Source of the DNA: Vicugna vicugna
Lineage: Eukaryota
Length of the DNA: 64,000 nt
Assembly (NCBI GenBank): GCA_013265495.1
Contig: MU058636.1
Location: 1,488,001-1,552,000 of the forward strand
Direction of reading: 5' to 3'
Both the position numbers and the translations under genes were made by a program. The notes below the pieces were generated by a model. It ran no database searches. It was not told the origin of the DNA and was given only the letters and a program-made list of their open reading frames with translations. Shown here in pieces: positions 36,020 through 48,383 of this stretch (position 1 is its first letter; every line of letters begins with the position of its first letter).

Positions 36020-36635
36020 TTTTTATCTTCAAAACCAAAACCCTGCAACCCATAAACAGCAGCTCCCGTTCCCTTTCCTCCCCGCCCCAGCACTATATTC
36101 TACTTTCTGCCTCATGGACTTGACTGCTCTGGGGACCTCGTGTCAGTGGTATTACACAGTGTTCGTCTTTTTGTGACTGACTTACCTCACGGAGCATAAT
36201 GTCCCCAAGGCTCATTCACGGTGTAGCATGTGTCCAGATTTCCTTCCTTTTTAAGGCTTGATAATATTCTCTTGTGTGGACACACCACAGTTTGCTTATC
36301 TCTTCATCCATGGTTGGACACTTGGATTGCTTCCCCCTCTTGATTTTTGTGAATAGCGCTGCTGTGAACATGGCTGTACAAGTACCTCTTCAAGACCCTG
36401 CTTTCAATTCTTTTGGACATATACCCAGAATTTGAAGTGCTGGATCATGTTGTAATTTTCTGATTTTTTTGAAAAACGTCCATACTGTTTTTCCTAGTGT
36501 TTGCACCATTTTGCATTCCCACCAACAGTGCACAAAGGTTTCAATTTCTCTACATCCTCGCCAATCAGTTTTATTTTGGTTTTTTGATGGTAACCATCCT
36601 AACAGAGGTGAGGCAGTATCTCATTGTGGTTCTAC
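36020..36635 (-). mobile_element. L1MB/L1MA-type 3' fragment
   Basis: CTATATTCTACTTTCTG...TTGGACATATACCCAGAATTTGAAGTGCTGGATCAT...CATTCCCACCAACAGTGCACAAAGG. Confidence 0.88.
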
Positions 36636-36934
36636 TCATCTTTTAAGACCTAGGTTAAAACTCTTCTCTCCTGTCAAAATTCCCCCAACTTCTTCAAACA
36701 GAGTTAGCATCTTGTGTGCCCCGCTGACTCCTGTTCCCAACTCAGTCATTTATGAGATTCTGTATGTATTTATGTATCTGCATCCCCCAAAGGATGCTCA
36801 GTTCCTAGATGGTGGTCCCATTCACTCAGTGAGGTTTTTTCAGCATCCAGTACAAATAGGTACTCTAGAAATGTTTGTTGAATGAATAAAAAATGTTTGT
36901 CACTCACATTTAGTTTAACATTTTGTTGATTTAC

Positions 36935-37690
36935 TGGTTTTAATTTTTACAGAGCTGTAACTTACATAAAGTGCACACTCATATCTTAAGTGTGCAGCTC
37001 AGTGAATTTTTAAATATGTTTATACCTGTGTAGCCATCTGTCCAGATCAAGACAGAACATTTCTAGCACCCTAAAAAGTTCCCTTGGGCCCGTTACTGGT
37101 CAAATACCCACTCTGCTAAGTAACTCCTGATTTTATTTTATTTTTTAACCCTCGATCGCTTTGCCTGTTCTTGAATGCATGTAAGTGGAATCACATGGCG
37201 CCTATGTTTTAATGCCTGACTTCCTTCACTCAACCAGGTGTCTGGGAAGTTCATCCTCGTTGCTGCATGTATCTGGGACTCATTTCTTTATATTGCTGAG
37301 AGGGATTCCATCCTGTGAGTAACCATGGTTCATTTAGCCATTCTCCTGCCAGTGGACATTTGGGTTGTTTCCAGTTTAAGGCTGTTGTAAACATTTTTGG
37401 CTCCTGCAAATAAAGATGCTCTAAGTATCCTCTATGTGTCTTTTGAGGGATGTTTCTCTTGTGTTCTCATTTCTCTTGTGTTCTCATTTCTCTTGTGTCT
37501 GTGCCTTTGAGCGGAATTGCTGGGCCATCTTGTACAGCTTTATAGCAGGTAGGGCCAAACAGTTTTTCAAAGTGCTTGACCGAATTCACACTCCCACCAG
37601 AAAGTGTGCGAGAGGTCCGGTGGTTCCCTGGCCTTGCCTACACTTGACATTGTTGGTCTTTTGGCGTCAGTCATTCTGGTGATTGAGGGT
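36935..37690 (-). mobile_element. L1ME-type 3' fragment containing a 17-bp tandem repeat (37453-37498)
   Basis: CTTAAGTGTGCAGCTCAGTGAATTTT...GGACATTTGGGTTGTTTCCAG. Repeat unit TTTCTCTTGTGTTCTCA, about 2.7 copies. Confidence 0.8.
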
Positions 37691-37980
37691 AGCTTTTTCA
37701 TGATCTTTTCCCAAATTTCCAATTTTTTCTTTGTAGCAACATTTTATTTTTACACTGATATTTTAAAATTCATATGTTACACTTTCTTCTGTTTATTAAA
37801 TGTCAATATGTTTACCTCCTTCTACATTTGAGAGAGGAATTTAAATTTTTTAAGCTTTGTTTTTTTATTTTGCTTTTTAAGTAGGGCTTTTGAAATGTAA
37901 CTATTTAAGCAACTGGGTTGAAGCTCTGTCCTCACTGTGGCATGACAGGAGCAGCAGGTGGGGTCAAGAGGCTGGACCAG

Positions 37981-38082
37981 GGGTCATGGGGAGGGTATAG
38001 CTCAGCAGTGAATATGTGCTTAGCATGCACAAGGTCCTGGGTTCAATCCCCAGTCCCTCCATTAACAACAACAACAACAAAA
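37981..38082 (+). mobile_element. Vic-1-type SINE with 15-bp TSD, nested in a MIR (~37945-38310)
   Basis: TSD AAGAGGCTGGACCAG at 37966-37980 and 38083-38097, with an (AAC)n tail. The MIR core CTCAGTTTCTTCATCCATAAAATGGGG lies downstream. Confidence 0.93.
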
Positions 38083-38694
38083 AAGAGGCTGGACCAGAAC
38101 TGAGGCTCGAGGGGTGAATCCCGGCTCTGCCACCTCAGCTGCTGTGGGGCTTTGGGCAAAGATCATACACCCTCTTGGTGACTCAGTTTCTTCATCCATA
38201 AAATGGGGAAGGGAACAGAACATGCCTCATGAACTTGTTCAGAGGATTAAATAAGTTACTACACTTAGATAACCCCTGGCACCGAGTTAATACTTATTAA
38301 ATATTATCCTCACTCAGTTTCTTCAGTGACTTTTATTAAAAGTTGCTTCCTTTTCCTTTGTTTTCTGATTCCAGGTTAGTCCTAGTAACAGCTCTCACAA
38401 AAGTTTAAGCATATTATCTGGAACGCACGCTTTGCTTTGTTGCCTGTTTTTTCTATTCTTAAGCCAATATCATACAGTCCTAGGGACTGTCACTTGGTAA
38501 CATATTTGATCATTTTCTGGGCAGTGAGTTCTCCTAAATCTGCTTTTATTTTCCTTTCCCAATGCAGTATTCTTGCCTATGTATTTTTCCAGTTTCTTAG
38601 TAGAATTCCTTTGGAAATTTTAATTAATTTTTGAACTCTCTCTATAATTTTTAAAATTAATTTCTATACAATTTCCATTTAAGGTTAAAGAAAT

Positions 38695-39560
38695 ATTGGC
38701 TAGGTAAAGAACTTTTACAACACAATAATAAAAAGACAGATAACCCAGTTTAAAAATGGGCAAAGGATTTGAATACAAATTTGTCTGAAAAAGATACACA
38801 GATGTCCAGTGAGCACAGGAAAACATCACTAGTCATTAGAGGAACGCAAATCAAAACCGGAGGGAGATACCACACCACACCCACTGGGACGGCTGTTGTA
38901 AAAAGGACACAGTAACAAATGCTGGTTTGGATGTGGAAAATGGGAACCCTCATATATTGCTGGTGGGAATGTAAAATGGTTCAGGTGCTTTGGAGAACAG
39001 TTTGACAGCTTCTCAAAAGTTAAACATAGTTACCACGGGACCCCACAGTTTCTTTCCTAGATGTCCACCCAAGAAAACTGCAAACATATGCCCACCCAAA
39101 AATTTGTAAATGAAAGTTCATAGCAGCTGTATTCTTAATAGCCAGAAAAGGGAAACAAGTGTCCATCAGCTGACGGGCGGATGGCCAGTGCAGGATATCT
39201 GCACAACAGAATACGGTTCGGCTGTTAAAAGGAGGGAAGTACTGATACACGCAGGCTCACATGGGTGAACCTTGAAAATACGCCGAGTACAGGAAGCCAG
39301 CCCTGGTGACCACGCAGCGTTTGATTCTATTCACATGAAATGTCCAGCCAGAACAGGCGAATCTATAGAGACGGAATGAAACTGTAGAGACTCATTGCTG
39401 CCAGGGCAAGGAGGACGGGATTGATTGCTGATGGAAAGACCTTTTGAAGGTCACAGAAATGTTCTAAAATTAGAGGGTGGTGATGGTGACAACTCTGTGA
39501 CTGCACTGAACTGTACAGTTTAAAAGGGTGACATCTACGCTTTGTCTCAATTTAAAGAAT
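38695..39560 (+). mobile_element. L1MB-type ORF2 end and 3' UTR
   Basis: AAAATGGGCAAAGGATTTGAAT...CATATATTGCTGGTGGGAATGTAAAATGG...GTTCTAAAATTAGAGGGTGGTGATGGT. Confidence 0.88.
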
Positions 39561-39710
39561 TAAAAAGCAATTGGATTTTTATGTATCACCAATAAACTTA
39601 GAAAATATAATGTAAAAATATATTGTTTACAGTATCAACAAAGCATAAAATATATGAGTAAATCTAAGAAAATAATTTTCTAGAGAAAAATTAAAAGGCA
39701 TTGAACATAC

Positions 39711-40216
39711 TTTATTTTTTCATTTCAGCCGTTTTTAATGAGAGTTGTGTATAGGATGACTTTGTTCTTGCATCTTCTCCGTTGTTTCTTCCTTCTGTTT
39801 ACCCTTTTCCTTTCCTCTGGATGGTTGAGGACCTTTCTGCGGTCCTGGTCCAGTTTTAGTCTAGTGATAACCCCCTTGCTGAGTGGAGCCCTGTGGATGG
39901 TTGTGGCAGCAGCCTTCTCCCCCTGCACTGGGTCAGTGTCAAGGACATGGCTCTTCTGGAAGCCCTGGGCTACTGTGCCAAATTGCTGACCTCTGTGGTG
40001 TCCTCCACAGCTGGAACCTCGTCATCTTTGCAAGTGGGCATGGACAAGCAGCCTACGCCTGTCTCAGCTCTTTGGAAAGCAGGGAAGTCAGTCTTCCTGG
40101 GCACGTGGGAAAGGGCATCGCAGTGCCTTCTGTGGGTCTCCCTCTGGTCAGAAGTCACAAAGGGACTGGACTTCGTTTTGGCCACTGGCACTTCAGTGAT
40201 CACCCCAAAGAGGAAG
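39711..40216 (-). pseudogene. RPL26: Processed (retrotransposed) pseudogene of 60S ribosomal protein L26
   Basis: Intronless. The minus strand has a 5' TOP leader CTTCCTCTTTG...GGCCAAA and a start mutated to ACG (40176-40174). Translations (TKSSPFVTSD..HCDALSHVPRK; SMPTCKDDEV; VITRLKLDQDRRKVL; EKMQE) match RPL26 with frameshifts. The stop is mutated to CAA (39764-39762), followed by ATTAAA (39734-39739) and a poly(A) remnant (39711-39720). Confidence 0.93.
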
Positions 40217-40219
40217 GCT

Positions 40220-41990
40220 TGAAACTTATTTTAAAAAACCAAAATAAGTGGAGAAAAAAATGAAATTCATGGGTAGAAAATATTGATACTGTAAATGTAA
40301 TATTGTAAAGATGTCCGTTCTCTCTGAGTGAGCTCAGTGCAGTTTGGATCAAAATCCCAACTGTCTTTTGCAAGGAGCTTAGCGAGCTGAACCTACAGTT
40401 TTATGTAGGAGTAAAGAACTAAGAATAGACGAAGAATTCCTGAAGAAGAAAAACACAGAGGGACTTTCATGTCAAATATAAAGTCTCATTATACAGCTCT
40501 TAACCATGGGGAAAAGATCAACTCAGTGCCTGTCTGACACCAGGCACAAAGACCAGTTCTGACAAAAAGAGACTTAAACGTGAGAGGCAAAGCCTGTGGA
40601 AGGGAGTGGATCATAGTCACATAGGCATGAGGAAGAATTTCTTCAAAAAGTTCCCCAAAGTACTAATTATAAATGAAAAGATTGGTAAATGCAACTACAT
40701 TAAAATTAAGAATTCCATTCTTTGGTGGGAGGGAAATAGCTCAGTGGTACAGCACATGCTTAGCATACATGAGGTCTTGGGTTCAATCCCCAGTACTTCC
40801 ATTAAAAAAAAAAAACTCTACTCAAAAATACAAATTACTTTAAAAAAAGGAATTCCATTCCTTAAAAGACAACATAAAGGACAATTTATATGAAATTCAC
40901 AGTGGCATTCTGGCTTGGTTCCTGAAATGGCAAAAGGACGTTGCTGGGAAAAGTGGTGAAATCAGAATAAAGTCAAGAGTTTAGTTAATAGTAATATATA
41001 CATATGTTTGTTTCTTTGCTGTGACACGTGCACTTGGTAATATAAGACGAACATTAGGGGAAGTTGGGTGAGGAGTAGATGGTGATTTCTCTGCAACTCT
41101 TCTGCAAATATAAATTATTTTTAAATAAAAAGCTTATTCACAAACTGGGAATTGATTTTTGTGATATATGTAATCAATAAAGGATTAACTTTTAAAAAAC
41201 AAATATCAGTAAGAAAAAGTCATACCACCTAACAGTGAAATGGGCAAAAGTCATGAACAGGTATTTTTCAGAAGAGGAAAAATAAACAGTAAATAGATTT
41301 AAGGCAAGATGACCATCTCATCTGAGTAAGCAGACACCTGTAACTTAATGCTCCAGTGCCATCCCATCTCAGTAATCCGTCTTACAACCTGCTGGTAGGA
41401 ATGTAAAATGGCCCAGCTACTTGGCAAACAAACTGGAGGCCCAGCAATTCCTCTTCTGAGTACATGCCCTAGAGTCACTCTTGTACTTGGAGGACAAGAG
41501 GAAACTGGAGGATGTTCATAGCAGCACTGCTCCTAACAGACAAAACCTAGGAACAACTGAAGTGTCCAACAACAGAAGATTGGAGAAGCAAATCACCCTG
41601 TGGAATATTATATAACAGTGAAAATTGATGCCCATCAGCAATACGCAAAAATAAGGATGAATGTTAGAAACAATGTTGAATCCAAAAAAGTCTTATCTGA
41701 GACAACATATAGTATAATATTTTATGAAGTTTGAAATCAAGCAGAATTAAACTTCATGTTATAAAACTGTATATAAAAAAGTAGGGAGTTGATCAACAGA
41801 ACATTTAGGATGGTAGTCCCTCCAGGGTTGAGGATGGGTCAGGGGGCTGGGTTTAGGGAGGGACATTCTAGTGCTTTGAGTGACCTTGGTGACCATCCTG
41901 TTTTTAGGCCAGGTGGGTTCAAGATGATCATTTATTATTATGTCTCATCTTACATACATTATTTTGTATCTATTAAAGGTGGTCAAAATT
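40220..41990 (+). mobile_element. Old, fragmented L1M (ORF2 and 3' UTR pieces) hosting the RPL26 retrocopy, a SINE and an L1MC/MD-type 3' end (~40900-41135)
   Basis: ORF2-like AATATTGTAAAGATGTC, CTACATTAAAATTAAGAA, TGGGCAAAAGTCATGAACAGG and GCTGGTAGGAATGTAAAATGG. Confidence 0.7.
40724..40849 (+). mobile_element. Vic-1-type SINE with TSD
   Basis: ATAGCTCAGTGGTACAGCACATGCTTAGCATACATGAGGTCTTGGGTTCAATCCCCAG. TSD GAATTCCATTC at 40710-40720 and 40850-40860. Confidence 0.92.
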
Positions 41991-42284
41991 TTAAAACTTA
42001 AAGATAGGTTAGGGAGACAAGCAATGGGCAGAGCAAGCATATTGCCAGGAAGTGTGATGATGGCTTTTTCTTTTCTTTTCTTTTTTAACTCTAGTGTGTC
42101 CAGAGGAAAATGGAATCTTTGAAAGTCTTCGAGAGACAATGGAAGTAACCACCTGTTTTCTCAGCTGGGATTTATGCCAAGAATGTAGAAAAGACTGTGT
42201 CTGGAGAGTGTGGGTGGATTCACATGAAGATGCTGTTCAGACTCTCAACAAACCTCCTCTAAGAGCGGTGAGTGCTGTGTCCAC

Positions 42285-42812
42285 CGGGTCTGTTTCTGGT
42301 TGTAAATAAGTTCATTTGTGTCATTTTTTAAGATTCCACATATAAGTGATATCATATGATATTTTTCTTTCTCTTTCTGACTTACTTCGCTTAGAATGAT
42401 GATCTCCAGGTCCATCCATGTTGCTGCAAATGGCATTATTTCATTCTTTTTTATGGCTGAATAGTACTCTGTTGTATAACTATACCACAGTTTCTTTATC
42501 CAGTCATCTGTCCATGGACATTTAGGTTGCTTCCGTGTCTTGTGTCTTGGCTGTTGTAACTAGTGCTTCTGTGAACATTGGGGTGCATGAAATTTTTTAA
42601 TTGTATTTTCTCCAGATATATGCCCAGGACTGGGGTTGCTGGATCATAGGGTAAGTCTATTTTTAGGTTTTTTAAGGACCCTCCATACTGTTCTCCATAG
42701 TAACTGCACCAGATTACATCCCACCAACAATGTGGGAGGGTTCCCTTTTCTCCACACCCTTTCCAGCATTTATTACTTGAGTTTTGATGATGGCCATTCT
42801 GACTGGTATGAG
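42285..42812 (-). mobile_element. L1 fragment (camelid type, ORF2 C-terminus/3' UTR)
   Basis: ORF MPFAATWMDLEIIILSEVSQKEKEKYHMISLICGI. Confidence 0.92.
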
Positions 42813-44249
42813 GGGATATGTGAAGCTAGTTTTGGCTTGTTTTTAGAACAAGGTGTGGTGAGGAGGCTCTGGCGGAGTTGGACTTACACCGGGTTTGGAG
42901 GGCGGTTTTCTCCCACATCTGTTTCAGCTAAGTGACAAGACACTTGGGCTCAGAGTTGAGGGTAATCTGCAGGCTGTCACAAGAGGCTCTGTGTTCCCTT
43001 GTGCTGGCCACCCAGAGTCCAGGTGAGGAGGCACCGAGTGGGGACACAGCCCGCAGACCTGTGGTGCTTGCGGGTGTCATTTGCTGACCCTCTGCCCACA
43101 GGACATCCCGTGACACCTCGGGCTGCGCAGCTCTTCGCAATCACCAGTTGGCTTGTGGGATTCTACACTGGACCCGTCAATCTGGTACCGCCACCGGGTG
43201 AGGAAACTGAGTGCAGGAAACCGGGCTGGGAAGGGAAGGGTGCCCTGTGGCTCCAGATTCTCTCCTTTGGGTTCCACCTGAAGCCGGGTCCACCTGGCCA
43301 GGAGTATTATTCTTATTAAAGCATCTTCGCTATGGCCAGTGCCCATTATGGTCAAACCTTTGGGAAGTTCGTAACTGCCTCTCACTAATTTCTCCAGAAT
43401 CTTCTACTACGTTCTAGGTGTGCTGCTTCTATGTCACACATCCTCTTCCTAGTGTTACCTGGGTGAGTGAAATGAGGAGTGAATGTGTGAAGAGACACAA
43501 GGAATGTGGCTCACATGACTGAGCTTCTAAATGAGGACAGGAGGGGAGACCTCTTGTCTTATCTCTGTCTTAGCATTACTTAAATCCTTTTCATCTTTAT
43601 CTCTTAGCTTTTCTTTTAGACCCCAGCGCCTTGTCTGACCTAATTGTGAAATTTCTCCCTTATGCCAAGACCCTCAAATAATGAAATCCCTCCAATTTGG
43701 ATTTGGTTGGGAAGAAGTCACAATTGAATGTCCTGAACTAAAGTGTTCTTAAGTCCCCTCCCAGCTGTGAGACAGACCTAGGGGCTTGGGAACAGGGGTG
43801 AGAGGTGACAGCTGATGGGGAACGGGTAGGGACACCCCCATCACGAAGCCATAACGTCCATTCTGGATGTCTCTAATGGGGAGGTGCCTCCTGGCTGGCA
43901 GGTGGTGGAAGTACATTGGGCAAGTTACTTTACTGAATCCTACATCTGTAAAATGGGAGTGATAGTAATTGCTTTGCTCTGGGTCAGGAGACTGAGTTCC
44001 GCTTTTATCTCTGTCCCTTCCCAGCTCAGTGTCTGTAGAAAACGCTCAGCTTGCTGAGCCTAAGTTTCTTCACTGTCCAGTAAGGAGCTCCGTGTGTCTG
44101 CAGGGCCAAATCCCATGTGCTAGGTTATTTACCTGAGTTGTCTTCATCGGAGTAACATGCAGATTGGGGTATGGTTAATCGTTCGTTAAATAGTTAAGTT
44201 TTTATTTTGGGGAAACGCCTACTGTACACAGTGCATATGACAAAGGTTT

Positions 44250-44620
44250 GCATCCTATGAATTACTTTCCCATTTGAAACCCAGAATCTTGCTCAAATGG
44301 CTTTCCAACCCACATTGTACTGAAGTATCCTGTTTGTTCCATTAACTATTCACAGAGTCAACTGGGGAACCGCTGTTATTAATTTCAATGGAAAGCTAAA
44401 ATGCAGTTCATTTTCTATAATTGCAGGCCCGCGGTCCAAAGAGCCAGCAAAAGCTTTTAATCTGAGGCATTTTTAGAGGAGTATGATCAGAATTACATTG
44501 AGCATCTTTTGAAGGTACATAATTATGAAAACCTCAATAACGTGGTCATTCAAAGAGCCCAAACCAGAGATGCTAAACTCAACATGCAGGGGACAAGGCA
44601 AATTGCCGTCTTAGTTACTG
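44250..44620. promoter_or_regulatory. Candidate TAAT-rich enhancer block adjacent to CTCF site and CpG island
   Basis: TGAATTAC, CCATTAAC, TATTAATTT, TATAATTG, TTTAATC and palindromic CATAATTATG, with no repeat recognised. Confidence 0.35.
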
Positions 44621-44749
44621 AAGATGGAGAAACGCCCACGGGGAAGGTCGACAGTGTTTGCACGCCTTGCTTTTCTATTTTACTCCAAAGATATGAGCTC
44701 TTCATGCCACATGGGAGGGGGATGTAGCACTCCCGTCGCATCTGTAAGA

Positions 44750-45370
44750 CTTTTGTGGCCTCAAAGAGCCTGCCCCGCGGGCGGCAGCACCCTCTCACCC
44801 CTTCCCCCCACCCCGTGCTCCGTGCGGCCACCAGGGGGCGCGAGAGCGTCTCTCCCGCAGCCACCCGGGGATGCGCGCTCCCGGAGCTGACGCGTGGCTG
44901 CCTCGCAGCACAAGAAAAAACTAACAAGTTCCTCCACTTGCTTCCTGCGGCCGGACTACTCAGGGGTCGCAGGCGTTTACCATCCGTTGGTCACCATTCC
45001 ATGGGGTTAGACCGCCCTCTCTCCTTCCCCCAAAGGAGGAAGGACAGTAAGAGGGCAGGGCAGTGCCCCCAGCAGCCAGCTCGCCCCAGGCTGCTTTAAC
45101 ATCGTCACCGCCGCGACTCGGAGAGGGGGTCCGGAGGTGGTGAGAAGCCGCGTGCTGGGGAGATGCCCGCTTGCATTCGAAACTGAAATTCGTTTTATAA
45201 GACAGGATGCCCAGCAAGGGGGCCGCAGACAGAGAAATCGAGGAGCCTGGCCCCCATCCGGTGGGCGTGCCAGCCCCGCCCTGACCCGGCCCTCACACCT
45301 GGTGGCCGGGTGATGAACGTGCGATGGAGGCAGAGTCAGGGATTCATTCATTCCGACCTGCGCTGTTGGG
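44750..45370. promoter_or_regulatory. Orphan CpG-rich island
   Basis: Elevated CpG density; contains the CTCF motif below. Confidence 0.55.
44825..44843 (+). promoter_or_regulatory. Near-consensus CTCF binding site
   Basis: CGGCCACCAGGGGGCGCGA versus the canonical TGGCCACCAGGGGGCGCTA. The core CCACCAGGGGGCGC is at 44828-44841. Confidence 0.75.
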
Positions 45371-47407
45371 AAAGGTTACTGAGCACTGAGCCAGCTTTGG
45401 TCCAGGTGGAGAGAGGCAGAGGGACAGCAGGAGCAAACGTGTTGAGGGTTAGGGCGTGGGGGTGGGGTCACGGTCCCCGGCCAGCAGGTGATGGGTCCCC
45501 GGTAAACATAAGTCGGGCTAAGGAATCTGGACTTTGTTCAGTGACCTAAGGAACCAGCAGCAGTTTGAAAGCCGGGGAGTCCTATGGTCGGACATGAGAT
45601 TTACCAGGTCTGCCCAGTCTTTGCTGTCACCGTGGCTGCAGGGGTAGGAGCGGGGAGCCTTACCCTCACGCAACCAGTGTGGGAGGCAAACACACACAGA
45701 AGGTCCCTGAGGGCCAGGCTTGGCTGTGTTCTTGGATGGTGGAAAGAAAATCTTAGAATTCTATTTATATTTTTCCAAAAACGAAAAAGCAAAAACAAAC
45801 CAAAAAAACCGTTAGGAATAGTTAAAATATAGATCCATACTGGCACCCTCATGCACTCTGAATGTTAAAGGCCCAAGTTATGCAATAGGTGAGATAAGCC
45901 ATTCAAAAGAGAGGGTGATGCTGGAGGAACCGTCAGATCGCCACTTGTTTTCAGCATGTGATGACCTAGTGTAGTGTGTGTGTGTCTGGTTGAGTGGATT
46001 TAAGGATTTTATCATTTAGTGTTAAGTAAATTAAACCTTGGGAAAGTGGATAAGTGGCTTCAAACAAAGATCGTGGCACAGAAATTGCAGACAGACATTA
46101 GTAATGACAGCACAAGGGAACAGGGAGACAAGGAGTGAGCTGGGGTCTCTGTGAATTTTAGGAAGACCCTCCATCAGCTGCAGGACAGGGGAACGTGAGG
46201 GTCTAATCAGACCTGACTGTCTCTGGCCACTCAGCTTTTATTTTAGAAAAGTCAACAAATCTCTCATTTCAAGAAAAAGATTCTCTAACAATAAGTGAGA
46301 ACATAATTGTTGTTTTGGTTTGGGTTTCTTTCTCCCCCCAGAGGAAACGTAGGCTATTGGGAGAGCATTTTGAAAATGGGATGTTTGGACATTTCTTTCT
46401 GTTATGCCATTTTTATTGTCCAAAAATTTTATTAGATTTGTAGTCACAACCCATAAAAAGTCTCATATGTGCACACTTAAAGTTGAATCAGAATTTCTGA
46501 ATTTTATGAGAATCTACCAAATCTCCTTAACAGGTGTTTGAAAACCATTTGTCAAAAATGTAAAATTTCAAGAACTTTTGATTAGCATGCAAAAAAAATG
46601 ACTGACATCAGAGAAGAAGGAAATTTGCTAGCTAAATTTACACAGCCAAGTTTGTGGAGTTAATGGGTGGGACACAGACTTGTGTAGGCCTAGCCCACAC
46701 ATCTCCATGGGGATCAGCCAGGCTCAGAGAGGTGTCTTATTCTCTGTGACAGCCAGCCTGCCTGGGTCCCCGGTGCTGGCAGCCCTGGGGCAGTGCCTGC
46801 AGACACGCACATCCCTCTGGCCTTCTTTTGTTCCTACTTTGTGTTCTTGGGGTCGGGGAGGCATGCCCTCAGCAGGAGAGGAACATTTCTGAACGGAGAA
46901 GGCTGTTCTGGACCCGGGATGGGCCAGGAAGGGGCACGACGCTGAGTGGATGCTCGTGGCCAGGAGGGATGAGGGTGCTGTGACCGCGCCCTGGATTCAG
47001 CAGCAGGGCCTGTGGAGTTGAGGGGCTGGTGGGAGGAGGGGTGGGGCGGGCTGGGAGGCCCAAGGAGGTGATAGGGTTCTGGACCCGAAGCCCTTTGCGG
47101 CTGCAGCATCGCCTGCAGAGGCTGGGCGTGGGCTGGGTGCCCTCTCCCCGGCAGGCACTTTGGAGACTAAGAGAAACAGCACGGTCCTGGAGCTCATCCT
47201 TGAGGAGCCAGGAGTACTTCTTCCCAGATGCAGCTACCATGCATGAGAAGGCTCAGTACAAAGAAAAATAAAAACAGAGCTGGGAAGAGGCCCACACTGT
47301 GATCAGGTGGAGAGTTATCGTGGGCCTGGGTAGGGAGTGGGGAGCCCCAGAACCCTCTGGGAAGGGCGCGCTGTCTGAGGAGCATCTGGGGGGGCAGTTA
47401 GTGGCCC

Positions 47408-47928
47408 AGTGTACAGCATTGTGATCCAGTTATACATATATATAGTCTTTTTTTTTCACTTTTTTATTTTTCAACATTTTTTATTGAGTTAGTCATTTTA
47501 CAATGTTGTGTCAAAGTATTCTTTATCATTATAGGTTATTACAAGATATTGAAGAGAGTTCCCTGTGCTATACCGAAGAAACTTGTTTATCTATTTTACA
47601 TACACTAGTTAATATTTGCAAATCTCGAACTCTTCAATTTATCCCTTCCCATACTTTCCTGTTTGGTAAACATAAGTTTGTTTTCTATGTCTGTGAGTCT
47701 GTTTCTGTTTTGTAAATAAGTTCATTTGTGTCTTTCTTTTTAGGTTCCACATAGAAGTGATATAGGCATTTTTCTTTCTCTGTCTGGCTTACTTAGAATG
47801 AGGATCTCCAGGTCCATCCATGGTACTGCAAATGGCATTCTTTTTTATGGCTGAGTAGTATTCATTTGTATATATACACCATATCTTCTTCATCCAGTCA
47901 TGTGTCAGTGGGCATGTAGGTTGCTGCA
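47408..47928 (-). mobile_element. L1 3' fragment with a nested younger L1 3' tip (~47448-47514)
   Basis: The host L1 phrase ...GTTATACATATATATA / TTCTTTATCATTATAGG is interrupted by poly-T plus TCATTTTACAATGTTGTGTCAA, the same tip as the L1 at ~53237. Confidence 0.85.
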
Positions 47929-48383
47929 TTGAGGGTTGTTCTGATTGTGAAGCAGCAGTAAGCACATTAGAGCTGGAACAGATCACGAATTCTGTCCAAG
48001 TGGCAGGAACTGCCCAGGGTGGGGCTGATTCCGCTGCTGGGCCATCCCATGGGGGTGCTGTTTCAATCTGCCTCTTGCTGCTGCCACATGAGGTGGTGGC
48101 AAGAGAATTCTGACAAATCGGTAGACAGATGTCACCCAGGAAGACAAAGGCAGAGGCAGGGTGACAGTGCAGATTTCTGGTCCCTGGTAAGGGCTCACAG
48201 AATCTAAGGAGCAGAACGCTTATTGGCTGTGGGACCTGGCCTGGCCTTGGTATGAAGGTGGGACAGGATACGATGCAGTGCTTTCCAAGGTAGGGACCCA
48301 CATTTCTCCCCCAGCTTCCAGCCCTGGAAGCTAACCTCTATTCCTCAGTTTTCTCTGGCTGTAGAATTGAAATAATTGCAGTA

